A DNA stretch of 48,941 nt from Promethearchaeota archaeon (GTDB taxonomy: Archaea > Asgardarchaeota > Lokiarchaeia > Sigyniarchaeales > SOKP01). Below are positions 9,267 through 17,742 of this stretch, piece after piece. The stretch covers positions 1-48,941 of the forward strand of contig JAEOTZ010000043.1 of the NCBI GenBank assembly GCA_016839585.1, written 5' to 3'. Position numbers and translations under genes: made by a program. The notes under the pieces were generated by a model. That model was not told where the DNA came from. It ran no database searches and saw only the letters and a program-made list of their open reading frames with translations. Within the stretch, counting starts at the first letter, position 1; each line of letters starts with the position of its first letter.

Positions 9267-9864
9267 TTGGAAAAAAATTAATTCTGAAGAAGTTAAAGCC
9301 TTTTTAAATGCAATTAATAATTTAATTGAAATTAAAATACTAATAAGAAATATTGCTCCCAACTTTGAATTTGATGATGTACAAAATGAAAAATTTATCG
9401 AATTGTTAAAATCTTTGTATAATAAACTTAAACCAATATTTTCTAAGTACTTAAAAGATGAAAATTCAGTATTTACAACAACTACTTTAAGAGATAACAT
9501 ACTTAAAACTCTGAATAGTAATAACTTCGCCTTAATTTCAGCTAATTCTTCAAAAAAAAAACTAAAAAATATTGGTATAGATCCTCGTCGTTTGATTGTT
9601 TCAGGGGGGCCATTATTTTTTGAAGACTATTTAGTTCTTAATCCAAACATTAAAAACGAACAACTTCAAACTATTAAAAAAAAATGTGATCGTTTAATAA
9701 ATCAAATAAAAAGTCAAACTTGGGAAGAGAAAGATTTAATATTTATTTATGAAAAAGGAAATTTCACAGATAAAATCATTTTAGATAAGATAAATAACCT
9801 TTCAGAATTAATAGGTAAACAAATAAGGGTTTTAGAACTAAAATCCTGGAAGGATTTAAGTTAA
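9267..9864 (+). CDS. DUF2100-like conserved archaeal protein; true start lies upstream of the track ORF (possible frameshift in A7 run or non-canonical start)
   Basis: SANSSKKKLKNIGIDPRRLIVSGGPL motif. The frame is open from 9244 (…INSEEVKAFLNAINNLIEIKILIRNIAPNF…) without an in-frame ATG/GTG/TTG before 9403. Confidence 0.55.
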
Positions 9865-9874
9865 TAAAAATGTA

Positions 9875-11053
9875 TTAAATAATCTTCAATTTTTTTACAA
9901 TTTTCTCTAAATCATCAATAAATTTTACTATATGCTCTCTTACAATATGTGGCATCATTACTACTCTTATCAAATTAAAATCAGTAAATTTACCTAACAT
10001 CCAATTTTTCTTTCGTAATTCGTCATCAATCTCGCATATACTTTCTCCATTTTCAGTTGTTATTCCGACTACATTCATCATAGGATCAGCAGCTAATTTA
10101 ATTCCATCAATTTCAGATATTCTTTTAGCTAAATATTGAGTGTTATCCATGCATCTCTTTACAATTTCTTTAAATCCATTAATTCCTAAAAATTTTATAA
10201 TCGCCCAAAATGCAATAATAGTACCACCTGGGCGAGTTCCTACGATATGGAAATGTTTAAAATTACCTCCTGCTAAATATGGAATCTCAAATCCAGTTTT
10301 CTGTAAAATGGACGCGTCCCTTAAAAAGAAACCACCAGATGGAATAACTCCTAATCCCATTTTATGTGGATCTGCCGTTATTGAACTAACAGACTTAACG
10401 GTGAAATCCCATGGTGGTATTTCATAATTCAATTCTTTTAAAAATGGTAATACAAATCCTCCAAATGCCGCATCAATATGAAAAAAGATGTCTCGTTCTT
10501 CAATAATTTTGCCAATATCCTCTATAGGATCTATTAAACCCAAAGAAGTTGTCCCAGCAATTCCAACAACCCCACAGGTATTTTTATTAATAAGAGATTC
10601 AAAATGGGTTAAATCTAAATCGTAATTTGCTTTAAGTTTAGCTTTTCTCAACTTAATTCCAAGCAGATCGGCCGCTTTATCAAAAGAGATATGAGCAGAA
10701 ATAGGTAAAACAACTTCTGGTTTTTTAATATCTGGTCTTAACTTTTTTACTATTCTCATTGCTATAAGATTCGCTTCAGAACCACCCGTAGTAAAAGTAC
10801 CAATTATGTTTTGTTCTCCAAAAATTTCACCAATTTCAGAAATTAATTCTTCTTCTAAAGCAGCTGTACCGAGAAACAATCCTGGATCTCCCAAATTTTT
10901 AGAAATATATTTGTTATATACTTGTTTTCCGAATTCGAGAGGCTCTGTACACATAGATCCTAAAATTGAACCAGATTCATAAGTGAAATCATTCTTCAAT
11001 TTTTTTTCGAGAATTTTAAGTATTTCTTGTTTCTTTAAGCCTTCTTCTAACAT
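9875..11053 (-). CDS. mfnA: PLP-dependent L-tyrosine/L-aspartate decarboxylase (group II)
   Basis: ILGSMCT, NLGDPGLF.GT, TTGGSEAN, HIDAAFGG, SITADPHKMG and GTRPG motifs. Confidence 0.9.
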   Translation of the reverse strand: MLEEGLKKQEILKILEKKLKNDFTYESGSILGSMCTEPLEFGKQVYNKYISKNLGDPGLFLGTAALEEELISEIGEIFGEQNIIGTFTTGGSEANLIAMRIVKKLRPDIKKPEVVLPISAHISFDKAADLLGIKLRKAKLKANYDLDLTHFESLINKNTCGVVGIAGTTSLGLIDPIEDIGKIIEERDIFFHIDAAFGGFVLPFLKELNYEIPPWDFTVKSVSSITADPHKMGLGVIPSGGFFLRDASILQKTGFEIPYLAGGNFKHFHIVGTRPGGTIIAFWAIIKFLGINGFKEIVKRCMDNTQYLAKRISEIDGIKLAADPMMNVVGITTENGESICEIDDELRKKNWMLGKFTDFNLIRVVMMPHIVREHIVKFIDDLEKIVKKLKII

Positions 11054-11152
11054 ATTTCATATAAAAAAGTATTGAGCCTAAATACCTATTCTTAGTAATT
11101 CACTAAATAGAAAAATACAAACAATTAAAATTTTTCAAATTGAAAATTTAAA

Positions 11153-11473
11153 TTAAAGAAATCTTCTTGAATCTCTTTTAGAATATTTGTCAATTATTTT
11201 CTCTAACTCATCACTTAAACCAATCTTATAGTAATTAGCAACACAAATTATTGAAAATAGAAGATCTGCAAGTTCTTCTCCTAAATTAGATTTTGCTTTC
11301 TTGTTCACTTTTCTTGGTTTATAACCTTCAAGTGAGTTAACCTCCCTTGCTAATTCCCCTAATTCTTCCATAATAGCAGTTATCATAGATAATGGAGGCC
11401 AAAATCCACCATGATCCTTTATCCATTTATTAACAATATGTTGGATTTCTTTAAGTGAGATTTCCTTTTTCAT
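11153..11473 (-). CDS. MazG-like nucleotide pyrophosphohydrolase (YpjD-like)
   Basis: EELGELAREV...EELADLLF..IC.AN...RD..RF. Confidence 0.88.
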   Translation of the reverse strand: MKKEISLKEIQHIVNKWIKDHGGFWPPLSMITAIMEELGELAREVNSLEGYKPRKVNKKAKSNLGEELADLLFSIICVANYYKIGLSDELEKIIDKYSKRDSRRFL

Positions 11474-11739
11474 AAGTTTTATAATATTTAAAAGTATTAA
11501 ACGGTGATTGTAGGTTGTAAATAAATCGTAATAAAATAAAAAAATCTTTTTTAAAGTTAAATTATCTTTTTAAAATTCAGATATAAAGTATAAGTAAAAA
11601 TTAATGTAATATATTTTCACGTTGAAATTTTAAGACTGACAGAAAAAGAGGTGAGCTATTAAAATTTGAAGGAAAGGTAAATTCAGAGTCTGATTTTAAT
11701 GAAAATTCCATGGAAAAACTAGACTAAAATCCTTTTCTT

Positions 11740-11765
11740 AAAAAAAAAAAAATTAAAAAAAAAAA
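11740..11765 (-). terminator. Oligo(T) terminator-like tract downstream of the surface-protein gene
   Basis: Two long A runs on the + strand (T runs on -) starting about 12 nt past the stop at 11777. Confidence 0.45.
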
Positions 11766-11776
11766 TTGATTAGATT

Positions 11777-14290
11777 TTAGGATTTCTTTATTTTTTTAAT
11801 TATTATAATTGCCAGAGCTATAGAAATCGCCCCAATTAACAGAAATACATTGTATCCTGTAATTATAGGGTTTTCAATACCATTACTGCAATAATTATTC
11901 TCAAAAATATTTCCTTCACACTCTTCTTCAATGATGCAATAATCATTCCCAATTAAAGTATTTCCTGAAACATTATTATGATAACTTCTACGTAAATATA
12001 TTCCACAATAATTATCTTGTGCATTATTTTCCAAAATGGTGTTATTATCAGTTAAGAATAAATAAATCCCCCAATAATTGTTTTTTACAATGTTTCCCGA
12101 AACTGTGTTATTATAATTACGCCTAAGAACCGAAGATTCACTTCTTAACATAATTCCAGATTGACTATTAGATATATTGTTATTTAATACAACCAAATTA
12201 TTACAGCGTTCAATATGTATTCCGTTATCTTCATTAGAGAATGCTGTATTATTTAGTATTTTGCAGTCTTGATCATTATAAATAAACATACCATATCCAT
12301 TACCTTGTACATAATTTAAAGAGATTGTAATATTACGACTTGCTTGCACAGCAATCCCATCTCCTACAAACGGGTAATCTCCATTATTATTTGCAGTATT
12401 ATTAACAATTTTAGTATCGTAAATATACCTTAAATCCATCCCTCTCCCTGCGTTATTACTAACATTATTACCAACAATTAAATTTCTATAGCTATTTTTT
12501 ATATTAATACCATCACCTGCAGTTGGATCTTTTGCATTAAAATTTGCTGTATTTCCTATAATTATATTATCATTACATTGATCGTATAGAGTTATCCCAT
12601 TAATAGTATTGTTATTAACGATATTTCCAGAAATAGTATTATTGTTTGAGTTTAATAAATAAATACCTTGTTGATTGAATGAACAACTATTATTGATCAA
12701 TCTTCCGTTAGTAACGTTTTCTAATCTAATTCCACCTGAATGCCAATATTCCCCTAGTCCATTTATTAATGTGCAGTTTCTAATGATAAAATAAACATCA
12801 GAGTTATCAATACGAATACAGTTATGATTGTTTAGCCCATCAATTTTTTTATTCTCAATGATATAGGGATCTTTCCACGTTCCAGACCCATTACACCAGT
12901 CATACATGCTAGCTTTCGACCAATTTTTTAAGGGATCATCATCATCAATTTCTATTGGCCCAATTTCCCAGTCTCCAGTAGCTATTCGGAATAGATATAC
13001 CTTGTTATCCATACTCCCAGCAACGAAATAAGTCCCATTAGACGAAATTGCTACAGATTCTACTTCACCTCCCGTGTTATAGCTAAAGAGAGGAGTGGAA
13101 CTATTTTTATCAAAGAGATAAACTTTATCATCAAAACTTCCAGCAACAATATATTGCCCATCAGACGAAATTGCTAAAGATCTTACGTTTCCACCAATAT
13201 TATAGCTCCAGAGTGGGGTGGAACTGTTTTTCTCAAAGAAATAGACCTGATCACCTATAGTTCCAACAACAATATACTGACCATCAGAAGAAATTGCTAC
13301 AGACCAAACAGAATCCCACGTAATATAGCTCCAGAGTGGTGTAGAATTGCCTCTTTCAAAAAAATATATACCATGAGCAGGATTGGTACCATCAGTATCT
13401 CCAACAACGATGTAATTCCCATCAGAAGAGATTGCCACATTATATGCCCAATTTGGAGTTTTATAAGTCCAAATTGGAGTAGAATTGTTTCTTCTAAAGA
13501 AATACAGATTTCCATTGTAGGCTCCTGCAACGATATAATTCCCATCAGAAGAGATTCCTACAGAATTAACATGTCCCGTGGCATATCCTGTGCCATATCT
13601 CCAGAGCGGTGTGGAACTGTTTTTTTCGAATAAATATACGCTATAATCATCTCTACCTACCCCAGCGACAAAATATTGTCCATCAGACGACATTGCTAAA
13701 GAGGTAACAATTCCTCCTGTATAGTAGCTCCAGAGGGGAGTAGAACTATTTTTCTCAAATAAATAAACTTTATTAGTATCTCTATCTGTTCCAGCTACAA
13801 TATATTGCCCATCGGAAGAAATTGCTACAGACTCTACACTTTGTCCAAGATTAGAGGTCCAAAGTGGGGTGGAATTGTCTTTTTCAAAGAAATATAAATT
13901 ACGATCATAGCATGCAACAGCAATATATTGCCCATTGGACGAGATCGCTACATTTCTATTACGTGATGATGTATCGTAACTCCAGACTGGTTTGATAAGT
14001 ATACTAGTTATTGCTAAATTTTCTATACCATAAGGAACGGAATAAGTGCCGCTCCCGGTACAATTTCCTGCAGCTTTAAAGGCAGTCCAACCAGAATTAC
14101 CGTCTATATGTAATGGGCTCGATACTACTGAAAGTTCTAAATTATCGGGTTTATTTTCAATATTGAAATTCGTAGTCTTATCACGATCTCTTGCATTAAA
14201 GCTTGAATTATTGGTAAAAATAGGTGAAAAAGCGAAAAGAATTCCTAAAATGACTAAAATTATTGTTCTTGTTTTTCGATTTGATTTCAT
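11777..14290 (-). CDS. Cell-surface glycoprotein: signal peptide, 8-blade WD40/PQQ-like beta-propeller, NosD/CASH parallel beta-helix, C-terminal Loki-CTERM-like anchor
   Basis: Basic plus hydrophobic N-terminus; 8 repeats of PLWSY...VAISSDGQYIVAG..D..VYLFEKNSST; GI.L..S.NN.I.GN repeats; ITGY followed by a hydrophobic helix and KKIKKS; many NxS/T sequons. Confidence 0.85.
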   Translation of the reverse strand: MKSNRKTRTIILVILGILFAFSPIFTNNSSFNARDRDKTTNFNIENKPDNLELSVVSSPLHIDGNSGWTAFKAAGNCTGSGTYSVPYGIENLAITSILIKPVWSYDTSSRNRNVAISSNGQYIAVACYDRNLYFFEKDNSTPLWTSNLGQSVESVAISSDGQYIVAGTDRDTNKVYLFEKNSSTPLWSYYTGGIVTSLAMSSDGQYFVAGVGRDDYSVYLFEKNSSTPLWRYGTGYATGHVNSVGISSDGNYIVAGAYNGNLYFFRRNNSTPIWTYKTPNWAYNVAISSDGNYIVVGDTDGTNPAHGIYFFERGNSTPLWSYITWDSVWSVAISSDGQYIVVGTIGDQVYFFEKNSSTPLWSYNIGGNVRSLAISSDGQYIVAGSFDDKVYLFDKNSSTPLFSYNTGGEVESVAISSNGTYFVAGSMDNKVYLFRIATGDWEIGPIEIDDDDPLKNWSKASMYDWCNGSGTWKDPYIIENKKIDGLNNHNCIRIDNSDVYFIIRNCTLINGLGEYWHSGGIRLENVTNGRLINNSCSFNQQGIYLLNSNNNTISGNIVNNNTINGITLYDQCNDNIIIGNTANFNAKDPTAGDGINIKNSYRNLIVGNNVSNNAGRGMDLRYIYDTKIVNNTANNNGDYPFVGDGIAVQASRNITISLNYVQGNGYGMFIYNDQDCKILNNTAFSNEDNGIHIERCNNLVVLNNNISNSQSGIMLRSESSVLRRNYNNTVSGNIVKNNYWGIYLFLTDNNTILENNAQDNYCGIYLRRSYHNNVSGNTLIGNDYCIIEEECEGNIFENNYCSNGIENPIITGYNVFLLIGAISIALAIIIIKKIKKS
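12986..13990 (-). repeat. Eight degenerate ~120-140 nt coding repeats (propeller blades)
   Basis: Recurrent DNA words ccatcagacg/ccatcagaag...attgcta and atagctccagag, matching the protein repeats. Confidence 0.85.
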
Positions 14291-14486
14291 TCTGATTTCA
14301 TCAAAATTTTATACTATAGTGTAAAAAAATTAGATTAGTTTAGTATTTAATTTTTATGATTTTTGCTCCTAATTAGGAGATGAATAGTTGTCCTCATAAC
14401 CAAAGACGAAAACATACGAAATAATAATCATTTTGAACACAATATCCGTTGAAAAGGTAACTTTCTCCTTGATCTGATCATAATAA

Positions 14487-14876
14487 ATGTGGGTTGAAAA
14501 TATTTTATTCGTGAGGAAAATAAGTGAAAGAAAAGAAAGAGAACGTAAAATATTGATTAGATTATATAGTCTAGCAAAAGAACTGTCAAATTTAGATTAT
14601 CCAAAGCTTTATGAATTAGGACACTATTTAACCGATAACTTAATATCTAAGATTTGTATGCTCATTGCAAAAGAGAATAACCAAAAATTTACAAAAACCA
14701 CTAAAAATGGAAATGAAAGAACACTTTCTTTTCATAAGCTATATAATGGGATATTAAAAAAAAATTATCCAGATGCGCCTGATTATAATGAGTTAGAAAG
14801 CCTTCATAACGAGAGAAATATTTATCAACATGAATTTAGCTCAATAACTGATCACTTTAATAAAAGAGATCTCTGA
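14487..14876 (+). CDS. HEPN-motif small protein, possibly truncated
   Basis: LESLHNERNIYQH contains an R-N-x3-H (RxxxxH) motif in a helical protein. Coding-like sequence (SEIIECINEKIAKGIFS) continues past the stop in another frame. Confidence 0.45.
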   Translation: MWVENILFVRKISERKERERKILIRLYSLAKELSNLDYPKLYELGHYLTDNLISKICMLIAKENNQKFTKTTKNGNERTLSFHKLYNGILKKNYPDAPDYNELESLHNERNIYQHEFSSITDHFNKRDL

Positions 14877-15022
14877 AATTATAGAATGTATTAATGAAAA
14901 GATTGCAAAAGGGATTTTTTCTTAACGACTACTTTTAAAACTCTATCATCAATTAATTATTAATTTATAATACTAATTTTTATTTCTTCAGAATTTTCAA
15001 TTAAATTATATTGAAAATTTTT

Positions 15023-17503
15023 TCACATTTTTTCTAAAAATATTAAGGAATCGATTACTTGGTATACAATCTCCGGATTTGTAAACGTATTATGAAATTC
15101 AAGTATTTGCGTTCCAATATAATGTCCGAATATCTCCCAATTTCCTTGACGATCTTCAATACAATCAAAATACTCATCCAATGGAAAAACCTTGGTTATT
15201 ATTGTTTGAATTTCAGATTTGTATTGATATGCTTTCTCTGATTTTTTATCTACTTGAGAGAATGTATCCAATAAAATTAAAGTGCCGATTGAGCATAAAG
15301 AATCGAAAATATCTTCTTTTGAGAGAATGACAGAATGTTCTTGTACCTTGAAATTAATCATTAGAAATCGTATAATTGCTAATGGTTCTAGAAGCCATTT
15401 ATAATATTCTTTTTCTGGATGAGTTCTAAATAAATTATCTCCTATCTTTAAAAGATTGATATTCAATATATTATAAATATTAATTAGATTTTCGTCTAAT
15501 TTTAACTCTTTAAATATTTCTATCAAGTAATACATAAGGTCAATGAATGTCCTATTCATTTGATTAATAAACGGATGGCTCATAGTCGATTTTTCTGTTT
15601 TCATCCTTATTGATAGTATAACTTCATATAATTTTATTAGTTCTGAAAGAAAATTCTGATATATTTTTGGATTTATTTTAAGGGAAGGGGTAAAAATTTG
15701 CGTCCAAATTTTTTGCAATATAGCAAAGAAAAAAACATGAGAGATAGAAGGTTTATGCATTTCTTTTATAAGATGATTGAGAACAATGATTAAATGTTTG
15801 AGGATTGGTGTCCTTAGTTTGAAGGGGATTGGTAATCTAAAGAGCTCACCAAGAATATAAAGTTTAACTTGTATAACAAGGGGATTAACAGTTTTGAATT
15901 TAACAGTTTGATGAACAACAAAATCTAAAATCCGTCTAAAGACCGTTGTATAAAGTGATGTAGGTTGACCTAAATCCTTAGGTGAATTTACAGCTAATTT
16001 TTGACATAATTCCAAAATGAATTGATTGGTTAAATCATAAAAGTGTGTATCTTCTTTCCTTCCAAGTGGTTTATATCCAAGATGATACAGAAATCCTAAA
16101 CCAAGTTCAATTGTATGTAGAACTGTAGAATCAAAAAATTGAGAATCTGCTAATCCTTCAATGAAGCCATGATAAAAATACGTTATACTCTCGCGAAAAT
16201 CAGGATGTGTTTCAAAATATCGTTCCAAAGTGGTTTGCACTTTATAAGAAAAAAACTCAGATTTAATATATGGAGTAGCGGTTTCCCTTCCAATTGCTTT
16301 ATATATCGACGGTGAAACAAAGCGACAACTTTCTTGAATTCTCAATGATAATGTAAACCCCTTTTTAAAAAATTCTAATATATGTTCAGATAATTGATTA
16401 AATATAGCTAAAACACATATTCTTTTAATAGAGGTTAATTGATGGGCCAACATTTCCTGAGAAATAAGAAGTTCTTCAGATTTATTTTCTGCTAATATTT
16501 TTTTTAAATATTCCATTTGAACTTGTATTTCTTGTTTTCGTTTTTCCTCAAGAATGAAAAGACGATGTTTAAAATCTTCTCTTAATTCTCCTGATTCTTC
16601 AGATAAATTACCAAGATTTTCCAGAAACTCAAGATTTAGATTTGATCCCCATTTTCTCTCCCAATAATTTTTAATATTTCTTTTTTCTAATAATGCGCTA
16701 ACATTTATATCTTGATAAAGTGTATCAGATGATATCCTACCCCCATTTTTGTTATAAAATGCACATTTCTCTAGAATATAAGTAAATAATAGAACTGCTT
16801 TTTGTGGATCATGGTTTATGACAACAGAGCGAAGATTCTCAATGGATTCTATATAGTTTTTACTGTCGGTTGAATTCAACTCTAATTCAAGAACCTTGAG
16901 ATGTTTTAAGAATTTCCAGCAATTATCTTTATCCACATGTGATAAAATTTCCTTTATCATATTAAAATAATCACGCATTTCCTGTGAAGCGTATTTTGGA
17001 GTATTTACTTTCGAAGTAAATTCAATAGAACTATTGGACGTTCTTGCCCACTGCAAGAGTTTAATAAAGTAGTTTTTTACTTTTGAATCTATTGTACCTA
17101 ACATAATTCCAATTTGATCATAACCAAGGTTAAATAATGGATTGCTGAAGGTTTGCCAACATTCCTCAATAAGGTTTGTAAATTTTGTATTAGATAATCT
17201 GAAATTTAGTCGATTTTTTATCTGCAATATTAATCTAGGATTAATGTTTAATTCAGGATTTTCAGAAATTATCTCTGCATTTCCATAAATGAGGAGATCA
17301 TCAACATCTATCCCAATCCATCTATTCTGAAAGGCTATTTCTTTAACGGTTCCAGCCTCAATATGCCCATATATCAGTTTGTCACATAGAAGTTGACTTA
17401 CATAATATGCCCCTACGAGGTTTTCAAAAGAGGCACCCCCTCCTCCAGTAGAGAAGGGATTAGAAATTTTAATTTTTTGTTTATCATTAATTTTATCATT
17501 CAT
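15023..17503 (-). CDS. Large protein with N-terminal PD-(D/E)xK (Cap4/Mrr-like) nuclease domain and helical C-terminal region
   Basis: SNPFSTGGGGASFE..V.A, FQ.....VDDLLI and LQIK motifs. No Walker A motif in the remainder. Confidence 0.6.
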   Translation of the reverse strand: MNDKINDKQKIKISNPFSTGGGGASFENLVGAYYVSQLLCDKLIYGHIEAGTVKEIAFQNRWIGIDVDDLLIYGNAEIISENPELNINPRLILQIKNRLNFRLSNTKFTNLIEECWQTFSNPLFNLGYDQIGIMLGTIDSKVKNYFIKLLQWARTSNSSIEFTSKVNTPKYASQEMRDYFNMIKEILSHVDKDNCWKFLKHLKVLELELNSTDSKNYIESIENLRSVVINHDPQKAVLLFTYILEKCAFYNKNGGRISSDTLYQDINVSALLEKRNIKNYWERKWGSNLNLEFLENLGNLSEESGELREDFKHRLFILEEKRKQEIQVQMEYLKKILAENKSEELLISQEMLAHQLTSIKRICVLAIFNQLSEHILEFFKKGFTLSLRIQESCRFVSPSIYKAIGRETATPYIKSEFFSYKVQTTLERYFETHPDFRESITYFYHGFIEGLADSQFFDSTVLHTIELGLGFLYHLGYKPLGRKEDTHFYDLTNQFILELCQKLAVNSPKDLGQPTSLYTTVFRRILDFVVHQTVKFKTVNPLVIQVKLYILGELFRLPIPFKLRTPILKHLIIVLNHLIKEMHKPSISHVFFFAILQKIWTQIFTPSLKINPKIYQNFLSELIKLYEVILSIRMKTEKSTMSHPFINQMNRTFIDLMYYLIEIFKELKLDENLINIYNILNINLLKIGDNLFRTHPEKEYYKWLLEPLAIIRFLMINFKVQEHSVILSKEDIFDSLCSIGTLILLDTFSQVDKKSEKAYQYKSEIQTIITKVFPLDEYFDCIEDRQGNWEIFGHYIGTQILEFHNTFTNPEIVYQVIDSLIFLEKM

Positions 17504-17742
17504 AGGATATCCTTAAGAAGAAGTGTTTTTATGTAATTATAATTCTAACTATTTAAATTTTTAATAGTCTAAGAAAAATAATTTTTTAATCATTGATACG
17601 TAATGAATTTCAAATGAATTTCAATAGAATTTTCATTTAATCAGATTTTGAATTTACCTTTTTTTATTGTTTTTTCAAAATGCTCTAACTTTTTATAATT
17701 CCTTCTAAACATATTGATAAAATCAAGATTTTATCTACAGGC

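Noticed and set aside
11630-11727. Short purine-rich coding-like stretch with GAGGTGA
   Set aside because: No convincing start codon or recognisable product; at most a gene remnant.
12986-13990. Regularly spaced repeats as a CRISPR array or DGR template/variable repeat
   Set aside because: The repeats are degenerate, in-frame propeller blades. No cas or reverse transcriptase gene is present, and no adenine-specific mismatch pair was evident.
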